Of a stretch of 29,771 nucleotides of DNA, positions 15,331 through 23,735 are shown piece by piece. Location: positions 1 through 29,771 of IMG/VR virus record IMGVR_UViG_3300022178_001566; one strand, given 5' to 3'. The notes under the pieces are model-generated. The model was given only the letters and a program-made list of their open reading frames with translations. It was not told the origin of the DNA and ran no database searches. Position 1 is the first letter of the stretch. Each line of letters opens with the position of its first letter. Source of the DNA: a virus (taxonomy: Duplodnaviria > Caudoviricetes). The position numbers and the translations under genes are program-made.

Positions 15331-17612
15331 TGATTAACTTACAGGTTTACATAAAAAACAAAGAAGGAGTTTTTGAACAAATAGAATTGTATAACGATGA
15401 GTCTGTAACTATTACGCAGTCATTGCAAAATATAACTGACATAAGTAAAATTTTTACAGATTTTAGCAAAACGTTTAGCGTACCTGCTTCCAAAAAGAAC
15501 AATAAAATACTAAGACATTTTTATTCAGCTTATGTATCAAGTTATAATTTAGGCACAAAGCTAGAAGCAAAGCTATATCTTAATCATCAATTTTTTAAGA
15601 AGGGGAAAGTAGCTTTAGAAGGTGCTACAATGAAAGATAATAAAGCGATTACGTACAAAATTACTTTCTTTGGAGATACAATAAAGTTACCAGATTTAAT
15701 AGGCAAAGACACTTTAAAGGCATTAACTCTATTATCACAGATAGACTTTGAATACTCTTCGACAACAGTTAAGGCGTATTTGCAAAATGGTTTAGACGTA
15801 ACAGCAAATGGTGAAACATTTACGGATGCCGTAATAGTACCTTTAATAAGCCATACAAGAAGATTGTTTTATGACAGCACACAAGATGTAGAGGGTTCAG
15901 GTAATTTACACTACGGGAGTGAGAACAAAGGGGTGCTATTTAATGATTTGAAACCTGCAATTCGTGTACATTTTTTAATTAGAGCCATAGAAAATCAATA
16001 CAACATAAACTTTGATAGTTCTTTTTTTAACCCTTCTAATGAAATTTACTATGATTTGTATATGTGGATGCACGTCAATAAAGGGAAAGTACTTGTAGAT
16101 TTAGCAGATGTATCACAAGCACCATTAATACCTTTTAAGGATTTTCAAAACATTACTAACCCATTGTGGAATAGTACTGAAGAATCTGATTCGAGTTACA
16201 TTTCTAATGATTATTGGTATTTCTCTATGCCTGAAAATAGCCGATATACATTTGATGTCAATGTTATAACTGAATGTCCTAATTACAATTTATTTGTATA
16301 TAGAGATGGAGTTCTTTTAGATAATATTGCATTATACAATGTTAGCGGAAATCAACAAATATCAAATTACACAGGAGGAATTATAAACGAAAATCTTGAC
16401 TCATCAATTACGTCGGGAAAATATCAAGTTTTTATACAATCTGTCGAAGATTCTGAATTTGAGTGTTTTATAAATCTTGCAGAGCACAGATATGCGTTTG
16501 ACGGAGCTGGATTGGATGATGGGCAGTTTGTAAATCAAGACGAAACTTTTAGCGAACAAACCGAAGGGTCGTGGCAAAAAGTAGAAATCTCAAACTTTAG
16601 AGGATTTACATCAAGTTCAGATAGAGTTAATTTTAATGCCCAAACACAAGTTCCAGACATAAATGTATTAGATTTTTTAACGGGGCTGTTTAAAATGTTT
16701 AATCTAACAGCTTTTGTAGATGACAATGATATCATAAATGTAACGCCACTAGACACGTTCTACGAGAACTCTAAGAACACTTGGGATATAACACCTTACT
16801 TAGATACAACAGACAGTTCTGTGAGCAAGCTAACCCCGTACAAATCATTAAAGTTTGAGTACGAAGGTTTAAATACTTTTTTTGCAAAAAACCACAAAGC
16901 ATTCTTTGGTGTTGATTGGGGTACGGAAATTTACAACAATCCAACAAGAATAGAGGGAGAAACCTACAATGTTTCAGTACCTTTTGAACATCATAAATTT
17001 GAAAGATTAATAAATAGTGATGATGTTATTACAGACGTGCAATGGGGATGGAGTGTAGACGATGATTTAAGAAGCGTTGTGGGTAAACCTCTTATTTTTT
17101 ATACTCACAAAGTAACGTCAGGAACAGCAATTTCGTTTCAAGAGTCTGAATCGACTAAACAGTCATTATCTCAATATTACATCCCTTTAAACCACAGACT
17201 CCCCACAACAGATTCACAGACGTTGCATTTTAGTTTAGAGCCTAGTGAATATGCAATAGGTGCAGACCAAAAGCCATTTACCAAAAGTTTATATAGTGAG
17301 TTTTATAGTAATTATGTATCAGACACATTTAATTCAAGAAGAAGGCTGTACACTTTTCAAGCATATTTACCATTAAGGGTTTTGTTAAATCTAAATCTAG
17401 CGGATAGAATTGTTATATATGACACCCTCTATAAGATAAATGTAATTAAAACAAATTTTGCAACAGGAATATCATCACTAGAGTTAATCAATGAGGTACA
17501 AGGCTTTAAATTAAAAATAAATGAAGATGATTTTGCAGATACAGTTGATAAACCATACCTACGTGTAGACACAACAGCGGTCAAAGTAGATAATACAGGA
17601 AATAGTATATGA
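15330..17612 (+). CDS. Large tail tip / hub protein
   Basis: 760 aa; DISKIFTDFSKTFSVPAS..NN N-terminus, FLTGLFKMFNL. Confidence 0.65.
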   Translation: MINLQVYIKNKEGVFEQIELYNDESVTITQSLQNITDISKIFTDFSKTFSVPASKKNNKILRHFYSAYVSSYNLGTKLEAKLYLNHQFFKKGKVALEGATMKDNKAITYKITFFGDTIKLPDLIGKDTLKALTLLSQIDFEYSSTTVKAYLQNGLDVTANGETFTDAVIVPLISHTRRLFYDSTQDVEGSGNLHYGSENKGVLFNDLKPAIRVHFLIRAIENQYNINFDSSFFNPSNEIYYDLYMWMHVNKGKVLVDLADVSQAPLIPFKDFQNITNPLWNSTEESDSSYISNDYWYFSMPENSRYTFDVNVITECPNYNLFVYRDGVLLDNIALYNVSGNQQISNYTGGIINENLDSSITSGKYQVFIQSVEDSEFECFINLAEHRYAFDGAGLDDGQFVNQDETFSEQTEGSWQKVEISNFRGFTSSSDRVNFNAQTQVPDINVLDFLTGLFKMFNLTAFVDDNDIINVTPLDTFYENSKNTWDITPYLDTTDSSVSKLTPYKSLKFEYEGLNTFFAKNHKAFFGVDWGTEIYNNPTRIEGETYNVSVPFEHHKFERLINSDDVITDVQWGWSVDDDLRSVVGKPLIFYTHKVTSGTAISFQESESTKQSLSQYYIPLNHRLPTTDSQTLHFSLEPSEYAIGADQKPFTKSLYSEFYSNYVSDTFNSRRRLYTFQAYLPLRVLLNLNLADRIVIYDTLYKINVIKTNFATGISSLELINEVQGFKLKINEDDFADTVDKPYLRVDTTAVKVDNTGNSI

Positions 17613-17761
17613 TAGAAAATATATTACAAATGCTAGAGATAGCAAAAAGAGAAAAAGATATTAAAGAGAATACTAGAATAGCACTAGGAAAGTATTCCAT
17701 TCCTTTAACAATAAAAGAAGGGTATAAACAATTAAAATATGAGTTATGGGAAAAAAGATAG
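17609..17761 (+). CDS. Small hypothetical protein (50 aa)
   Basis: MIENILQMLEIAKRE...IALGKY...ELWEKR; ATGA coupled. Confidence 0.75.
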   Translation: MIENILQMLEIAKREKDIKENTRIALGKYSIPLTIKEGYKQLKYELWEKR

Positions 17762-19341
17762 TCATTGAATTAGACATTGAACAAGGGGCTGCAATAAAAG
17801 ACCTTGATGCTGTAAAAAAGGGCTTTGAAAAAGTAATTGATGAGCAAGATAAACAAATTGAAGCTACAAAAGAAAGTACAAAAGCATCATCAGAATTAGG
17901 CGATAAGTTAGATGGTGTAACTGGTGGTGCTGTAACTAAATTCAAGAGTTTAGTAGGTGGGATTAAAAATTCCGTTACAAGTTTAAAAGCAATGAGAGTA
18001 GCATTAATAGCTACTGGTATTGGGGCTTTTGTTGTTGCTATTGGTACTTTAGTTGCAAATCTACAAAACAGCGAAGAAGGCTTTAATCGTGTAAACAAAC
18101 TAATGAAGCAACTAGGGGTTGTTGCAGGAAATGTTACCGATATATTTTATAATCTTGGAACTGCTTTATTTGCTTTATTATCGGGAGATATGGATTTAAT
18201 GAATGAATCCTTTGAGAAAGCAACAAACCAAATTAAAAACTTTGGAGAAGAAACCAAAAGAGAAATTGCATTACAAGGCGAATTATCAGACAAACAAGCC
18301 GAACTTGTAAAAATAGAAAGAAGCTTAATATTACAAAGAGCAGAAGCAAATAGGGATAGAGCAGATTTATTAGAAAAAGCAGCCGATAGAGAAAATTATA
18401 CAGCATCACAAAGAGTTGCATTTTTAAAAGAAGCGGGAAGAATTGAAGAAGAAATAACGAATGCAGAAATAAAAGCTGCACAGTTAAGACTAGAAATAAA
18501 AGAACAATCAAACTCACTTTCTGAAAGTTCAACAGAAGACTTAAATGAACAAAAACAATTAGAAGCCGATATAATAGATTTACAGACGGCTAAGCTAACA
18601 AAACAAAAAGAAGTTACAAGTCAGATAATAGGTGCTTTAAATGAAGAACGTGCAGCTGAAAAATTAGCTTTACAAGAAAGACAAAGTGAAATAGAAATAT
18701 TTTCTGAACAACAAGACGCCATTACTTCTATTTTAGATGGAGCTGTTACTAAACGAAAAAAATTACAAATAGGAAGTGATGAAGATGTAGCTTCTAGTTT
18801 AAAAGGTTTGTTAAAAACACAAGAACAGGTAGCAGGTTCATCTCTTAAAATAGAAAAACTAACTACTGACCAAAAATTAGGGTTAGCTCAAGATACTTTT
18901 GGGAATTTAGCAGCAATAGCAGGAGAACAAAGTGCGGTAGGAAAAGCAGCAGCAATAGCCCAAACCACAATAAGCACTTTTCAAGGAGCACAATCCGCAT
19001 TCGCTTCATTGGCAGGTATTCCAATAGTCGGACCAGCTTTAGGTGCGGTTGCAGCAGCGGCAGCGGTAGCAGGTGGTATAGCACAGGTAAAAAATATAAC
19101 AGCAGTAAAAACACCATCATTTGGCGGTCAAAAAACTATAACTAATACACCATCACCAAGAGCAACATCAGCACCACAACCCCCTGCCTTTAACGTGGTA
19201 GGAGCAGGAGAAGGAAGTCAAATTGCACAAGCATTGGGTGATAAAGACCAACAACCAGTAAAGGCTTATGTAGTATCGCAAGATGTAACAACGGCACAAT
19301 CACTAGATAGAAATATCATTGAATCTGCTTCAATAGGTTAA
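17746..19341 (+). CDS. Tape measure-like protein
   Basis: Long helical Ala/Glu/Lys-rich; ALIATGIGAFVVAIG and Ala-rich hydrophobic segments; AYVV..DVT ending. Confidence 0.8.
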   Translation: MGKKIVIELDIEQGAAIKDLDAVKKGFEKVIDEQDKQIEATKESTKASSELGDKLDGVTGGAVTKFKSLVGGIKNSVTSLKAMRVALIATGIGAFVVAIGTLVANLQNSEEGFNRVNKLMKQLGVVAGNVTDIFYNLGTALFALLSGDMDLMNESFEKATNQIKNFGEETKREIALQGELSDKQAELVKIERSLILQRAEANRDRADLLEKAADRENYTASQRVAFLKEAGRIEEEITNAEIKAAQLRLEIKEQSNSLSESSTEDLNEQKQLEADIIDLQTAKLTKQKEVTSQIIGALNEERAAEKLALQERQSEIEIFSEQQDAITSILDGAVTKRKKLQIGSDEDVASSLKGLLKTQEQVAGSSLKIEKLTTDQKLGLAQDTFGNLAAIAGEQSAVGKAAAIAQTTISTFQGAQSAFASLAGIPIVGPALGAVAAAAAVAGGIAQVKNITAVKTPSFGGQKTITNTPSPRATSAPQPPAFNVVGAGEGSQIAQALGDKDQQPVKAYVVSQDVTTAQSLDRNIIESASIG

Positions 19342-19365
19342 CAAATAAACTAAAATACTATTGTA
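19339..19365 (+). promoter_or_regulatory. Late motif copy 3
   Basis: TAACAA-N14-TATTGTA, 5 nt before ATG 19371. Confidence 0.8.
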
Positions 19366-19370
19366 ATAAT

Positions 19371-20279
19371 ATGGACATAATAGAATTATTCATTGATGAA
19401 AATGACGAAGTATCAGGAATTGAAGCGGTATCTATCGTAGAGAACCCTGCAATTGAAGAAGACTTTGTAGCATTAAAGAGCCAAGAGTTCAAGTTTGCCG
19501 AAGTGAACAAAGAGAAGCGTATCCTGATGGGTGCTGCTCTGATTCCAAATAAGCCAATTTACCGAGCCAACGAAGAAAACGAATACTATATATATTTTTC
19601 AAGAGATACGGTCAGAAAAGCCTCTGAATTGTTCTTTATTAAAGGAAACCACAATAAATCTACATTAGAACACCAAATGCCATTACAAGGATTGGTAGCG
19701 GTAGAATCTTGGATTGTAGAGGACAAAGAAAAAGATAAGTCTAAGATATACGGAATGGATATGCCGTTAGGAACTTGGATGTTATCAATGAAAGTACTAA
19801 ACGATGACGTTTGGAATAACTACGTTAAAACTGGAAAAGTAAAAGGGTTTTCAATTGAGGGCTATTTTGCGGACAAGGTAGAAAGACCTAACGAACCTAA
19901 TAACCTATCAGCTTGGAACGAAGAAGAAGAAGAGCATTTAGTAAATGAATTAAAACAAATACTTTCAGGTCAAGAATTGGAATCATATTCAGACTACCCA
20001 GAATCAGTAAGTAATAACGCCAAAAGAGGAATAGAATTAAACGAGAAAGTCAACAACAAGTGTGCAACGCAGGTGGGAAAAGTAAGAGCAACCCAACTTG
20101 CACAAGGGAAACCTGTAAGTGTAGAAACAATAAAAAGAATGTTCAGCTACCTAAGTAGAGCGGAAGTCTATTATGATAAAGGCGATACAGAAAGCTGTGG
20201 TTATATTTCCTATCTTTTATGGGGTGGTAAAAGTGCTAAGTCTTGGGCTGAATCTAAACTTAGACAATTAGATGAGTAA
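19371..20279 (+). CDS. Prohead protease (XkdF-like) with C-terminal extra domain
   Basis: S.VENPAIE, LEH, ESWIV, GTW, G.VKGFSIEG motifs. Confidence 0.85.
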   Translation: MDIIELFIDENDEVSGIEAVSIVENPAIEEDFVALKSQEFKFAEVNKEKRILMGAALIPNKPIYRANEENEYYIYFSRDTVRKASELFFIKGNHNKSTLEHQMPLQGLVAVESWIVEDKEKDKSKIYGMDMPLGTWMLSMKVLNDDVWNNYVKTGKVKGFSIEGYFADKVERPNEPNNLSAWNEEEEEHLVNELKQILSGQELESYSDYPESVSNNAKRGIELNEKVNNKCATQVGKVRATQLAQGKPVSVETIKRMFSYLSRAEVYYDKGDTESCGYISYLLWGGKSAKSWAESKLRQLDE

Positions 20280-20475
20280 TTACGACAGATACGCACCAAG
20301 CCCTAAAAGCAACAAAAGAGCCTGTTTATGTCCTGATGGAACATATAGTAGAAAATGCTGTGATGGAAGTTTTCAAGCACAAGGCATTGGCAACATAACA
20401 AGAATTTTGTTTTTTTTATATACAGAAGAAGGCGAAAAATTCATACAAGAAGATAACAGTAAATTATATCAATAA
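20272..20475 (+). CDS. Small Cys-rich head-associated protein
   Basis: RACLCPDGTYSRKCCDG..QAQGIG plus LYTEEGEKFIQED tail. Confidence 0.75.
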   Translation: MSNYDRYAPSPKSNKRACLCPDGTYSRKCCDGSFQAQGIGNITRILFFLYTEEGEKFIQEDNSKLYQ

Positions 20476-20948
20476 TGGCTGACAAAAAAATAAGTCAATT
20501 AACGGCAGTAACGGCTGCAAATATTACAGGAAGTGAAGATTTACCAATAGTACAAACAGGTACTACTAAAAAAACTTCATTACAGGATGTGCAACATTAT
20601 ATCGTGAACCATTTAGAACCCACTACAATAACTGTAAGCGCAGGAAACACTTATGACTTAGGAGATGCTTCTTACGATGAGGCAGAACTTATTGTAATTA
20701 CTTGGAGTGGTGGAAATGGCACAGCAACTATCACTTTGCCGGATGTAACTTTGGCTAAAAACCTCAACAGAGCCAAACGTTTAATTACAGACTCTACATT
20801 CTCTAATTCAACGCACGCAAATGTAACGCCTTACGGTTCTCAAACGATAGACGGTGATAATAGTGCATTTGACCTAAATAGAGCTTATGAGGGGATTAAA
20901 GTATGGGGAAATGGAACTGAATGGTTCATTATTCAACAAAAAGCATAA
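20475..20948 (+). CDS. Putative head fibre/decoration protein
   Basis: MADKKISQL...LPIVQ..TTKK N-terminus; ITLP...G.QTIDG...GTEWFI C-terminus. Confidence 0.65.
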   Translation: MADKKISQLTAVTAANITGSEDLPIVQTGTTKKTSLQDVQHYIVNHLEPTTITVSAGNTYDLGDASYDEAELIVITWSGGNGTATITLPDVTLAKNLNRAKRLITDSTFSNSTHANVTPYGSQTIDGDNSAFDLNRAYEGIKVWGNGTEWFIIQQKA

Positions 20949-20953
20949 AAATA

Positions 20954-21013
20954 CAACAAAACCTTAAATATTTAATTGTAAATATATAACAACGCACTAA
21001 AAATATAATTGTA
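20954..21013 (+). promoter_or_regulatory. Late motif copies 4 and 5 (tandem, 33-bp period)
   Basis: CAACAA-N14-AATTGTA (20954-80) and TAACAA-N14-AATTGTA (20987-21013). Confidence 0.8.
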
Positions 21014-21020
21014 TACATAT

Positions 21021-21608
21021 ATGAAAGCGACAGAAATTTTAAACAAAGCAAAAGAACTACTTTCTATTCAAGAGGAAGAAGTTAAGTTAGCACAAGCTAA
21101 TTTGGAAAATGGTACTGTTATCGAAGCGGATGAGTTCGCAGAAGGTAAAGAAGTATTCATTGTTACCGAAGATGAGCGTGTAGCATTACCAGTTGGAGAT
21201 TACACTTTGGAAGACGGTCAAGTATTGATTGTTGAAGAAGAAGGAATCATTGCATCAATTGGAGCGGCAGAAGAAGCACCTGCCGAAGAAGAGGTAGAGG
21301 CTGAACAAGTAGAAGCAGCCGAAGAAGAAATGGAATACGCAACTAAAGCAGAATTATCAGAAATCAAAGAAATGGTTGAGGAAATCAAAGCGATGCTTGA
21401 ACCAAAAGAAGAAATGAGTGCTGATAAATTAGCTGAAGAAGCGGTGGAAAATATTGTTGAGGAAGTTAAGGAAGAACTTTCAGAAGTTGAAAGAGTAAAC
21501 CATAACCCCGAAGCAAGTGCAGATAAAGAGTTAAACCTTTACTCACAAAAACAGGGAACAACTACATTTGATAGAGTTCTCTCAAAATTGAATAAATTTA
21601 ATAAATAA
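21021..21608 (+). CDS. Capsid scaffolding protein
   Basis: Very acidic; LP.GDY.LEDG motif; precedes capsid. ATG 21021 preferred over TTG 21009. Confidence 0.75.
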   Translation: MKATEILNKAKELLSIQEEEVKLAQANLENGTVIEADEFAEGKEVFIVTEDERVALPVGDYTLEDGQVLIVEEEGIIASIGAAEEAPAEEEVEAEQVEAAEEEMEYATKAELSEIKEMVEEIKAMLEPKEEMSADKLAEEAVENIVEEVKEELSEVERVNHNPEASADKELNLYSQKQGTTTFDRVLSKLNKFNK

Positions 21609-21614
21609 ACAAAA

Positions 21615-22571
21615 ATGGCTACAACTGTTACTATTACCTCCCCTACATATAATGGGGAATTTGCAGGAAAATATATTGCTGCTGCATTATTAAGTGGTTC
21701 TACTATCGAGAACGGTGGAATTACTGTAAAACCAAACGTAAAGTTCAAAGAAGTAATTAAGAAAGTATCTACTAATGATTTAGTAAAAGATGCTTCTTGT
21801 GATTTTGATGCAACTTCTACAATTACACTTACTGAAAGAGTTCTACAACCAGAATTTCAGCAAGTGAACTTACAATTATGTAAGAAAGACTTTGTATCTG
21901 ATTGGGAAGCTATCTCAATGGGATATTCTGCACACCACGATTTACCAAGTTCTTTCTCTGACTTCTTAATTGCACACGTTGCGGCTAAAGTTGCTCAAAG
22001 AACAGAAAACTCTATTTGGACTGGGGATACTTCAACTAACGGACAGTTTGATGGAATCTCTACTTTGATTGCAGCGGATGCAGCTTTACCAGCAGCACAA
22101 GAAGTTGCAGGAGCAACCGTTACATCATCTAATGTAATTACTGAACTAGGAAAAATCGTTGATGCTATCCCTTCTGCTCTTTACGGAAGCGAAGACTTAA
22201 ATGTTTACGTTTCTCAAAACATTGCTCGTGCATACGTGCGTGCTTTGGGTGGATTTTCTGTGGCTGCGACTTCAAATGCAGGTACAAACTCAATGGGAAC
22301 TCAATGGTGGAACAACGGTTCACTTTCTTTTGATGGTGTTAAATTGTTTGTTGCTAACGGACTTGGAGATAACACAGCTATCGCAGCTGAAAAAAGCAAC
22401 ATCTTCTTTGGAACTGGATTACTAGCTGACCACAACGAAGTGAAAGTTTTAGATATGTCTGACCTTGATGGTTCTGACAATGTACGTGTAGTAATGCGAT
22501 TTACCGCAGGAGTACAGTACGGAATTGCAGAAGATATTGTTACCTACGGGATTACAAACTCTGCCAACTAA
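21615..22571 (+). CDS. Major capsid protein
   Basis: 318 aa after protease and scaffold, followed by strong terminator; biased codon use. Confidence 0.85.
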   Translation: MATTVTITSPTYNGEFAGKYIAAALLSGSTIENGGITVKPNVKFKEVIKKVSTNDLVKDASCDFDATSTITLTERVLQPEFQQVNLQLCKKDFVSDWEAISMGYSAHHDLPSSFSDFLIAHVAAKVAQRTENSIWTGDTSTNGQFDGISTLIAADAALPAAQEVAGATVTSSNVITELGKIVDAIPSALYGSEDLNVYVSQNIARAYVRALGGFSVAATSNAGTNSMGTQWWNNGSLSFDGVKLFVANGLGDNTAIAAEKSNIFFGTGLLADHNEVKVLDMSDLDGSDNVRVVMRFTAGVQYGIAEDIVTYGITNSAN

Positions 22572-22592
22572 GACTCAATAATTAATAATCAA

Positions 22593-22629
22593 AGAGGGTA
22601 GGTGGTTTTATATCTGCCTACCCTTTTTT
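22593..22629 (+). terminator. Intrinsic terminator
   Basis: GAGGGTAGGTGG-loop-TCTGCCTACCCTT then T-run. Confidence 0.9.
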
Positions 22630-22642
22630 AATACAAAACAAT

Positions 22643-23191
22643 ATGGCTTGTGATTTAACTAGAGGTAGAAAAGAACCTTGCAAAGACGTTGTAGGTGGTC
22701 TACGTGCTGTTTATTTTACAGATTTCGGAGATTTCGGAACTGTAACTCAAACGGACGATGAGATTACTGATATGTCAGGAACTTTTACTGCATACAAATA
22801 TGAACTAAAGGGAAATAGCAGCTTTGAACAAGCTGTAACTTCTAGCCGTGAAAACGGAACTACTTTCTTTGACCAAACTTTAAATATTACATTTAAAAAA
22901 TTGTCTAAAGAAGATAACAAGGAGATTAAACTTCTTGCTTATGGAAGACCACACGTAGCGGTTGAGGACTATAACGGAAATGTATTCGTTATGGGATTAG
23001 AACACGGTGCAGAGGTAACAGGAGGAAGCATAGCTACTGGAGCAGCAATGGGAGATTTGTCAGGATATACTTTGACATTTAATGCCCAAGAATTGAAACC
23101 AGCTAACTTTGTAGCTAGTCCAACGGCAGCAGACCCATACGCAGGTATGACAAGTGCTACTGTAACGGTTACAGAAGGAACAAACGCTTAA
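22643..23191 (+). CDS. Putative major tail tube protein
   Basis: 182 aa; MAC...C...GG N-terminus, ENGTTFF.Q.L, TG....D.SGYTLTF; biased codon use. Confidence 0.7.
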   Translation: MACDLTRGRKEPCKDVVGGLRAVYFTDFGDFGTVTQTDDEITDMSGTFTAYKYELKGNSSFEQAVTSSRENGTTFFDQTLNITFKKLSKEDNKEIKLLAYGRPHVAVEDYNGNVFVMGLEHGAEVTGGSIATGAAMGDLSGYTLTFNAQELKPANFVASPTAADPYAGMTSATVTVTEGTNA

Positions 23192-23207
23192 ACAAATCTG
23201 TTTGTGT

Positions 23208-23240
23208 TAAAGAGGGGGCTTTATTGCCCTCTTTTTTTTT
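23208..23240 (+). terminator. Intrinsic terminator
   Basis: AAAGAGGG...CCCTCTTT followed by T-run. Confidence 0.85.
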
Positions 23241-23249
23241 GTAAAAATG

Positions 23250-23280
23250 TTTGGTATATCAAAAATAAATATTACTTTTG
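23250..23280 (+). promoter_or_regulatory. Perfect Bacteroidota primary-sigma promoter
   Basis: TTTG(23250-53)-N19-TACTTTTG(23273-80). Confidence 0.8.
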
Positions 23281-23281
23281 A

Positions 23282-23351
23282 AGTGATAAGACCTCAGAAA
23301 TTTTATCACTAAAGGGCAAATTCAGTTATAGCTGGTTTGCTCTTTTTTTTT
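23282..23351 (+). ncRNA. Candidate two-hairpin small RNA (~65-70 nt)
   Basis: Hairpin AGTGATAAGA-CCTCAGAAA-TTTTATCACT then terminator; own promoter. Confidence 0.6.
23311..23351 (+). terminator. Intrinsic terminator
   Basis: AAAGGGCAAATTCAGT-TATA-GCTGGTTTGCTCTTT then T-run. Confidence 0.85.
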
Positions 23352-23361
23352 GCTTTATATT

Positions 23362-23388
23362 TAACAAAAATCATAAAGATTTATTGTA
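23362..23388 (+). promoter_or_regulatory. Late motif copy 6
   Basis: TAACAA-N14-TATTGTA, 5 nt before ATG 23394. Confidence 0.8.
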
Positions 23389-23393
23389 TATAT

Positions 23394-23735
23394 ATGATTG
23401 TACTTCAAACATCAGATAGCGACCAAACATTTAGTTTTATTCCACGTTCATACGTGAGTGGAACAACGTACACTATCAAAATAAAAAACGAATCAACCAA
23501 TACAGAAGTATTTAGTAGCACCGCTACAACTTTTGCAGAAGTTGAATATTATTATCAATATACAAACACTTTTACTTTAGTAGAGGACACAATGTACACC
23601 CTTGAAATAAAAGCAGGAAGTGAATTAATATTTAGAGATAAAATATTCTGTACAAATCAAACTATTTCATCATATAGCGTAAACAATGAAGAATATACGG
23701 TACAAAGTGAAGAAAACGAATTTATATTCCTATAA
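23394..23735 (+). CDS. Small beta-rich structural protein (possible head closure)
   Basis: ATG 23394 (MIVLQTS...); the track's TTG 23337 lies inside a terminator. Confidence 0.7.
   Translation: MIVLQTSDSDQTFSFIPRSYVSGTTYTIKIKNESTNTEVFSSTATTFAEVEYYYQYTNTFTLVEDTMYTLEIKAGSELIFRDKIFCTNQTISSYSVNNEEYTVQSEENEFIFL

Noticed and set aside
20954-21013. Tandem 33-bp periodic motif as a mini CRISPR array
   Set aside because: Only short boxes are conserved; they match the dispersed late motif, not repeat-spacer structure.
22201-22425. +1 frame ORF inside the capsid gene
   Set aside because: Explained by T/C-ending codon bias of a highly expressed gene; no coupling or motif.
23337-23393. Track's TTG start extension of the 23394 gene (also 4045, 6715, 21009 starts)
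   Set aside because: These extensions cross terminators, promoter motifs or upstream genes; downstream ATGs fit coupling and motif spacing better.
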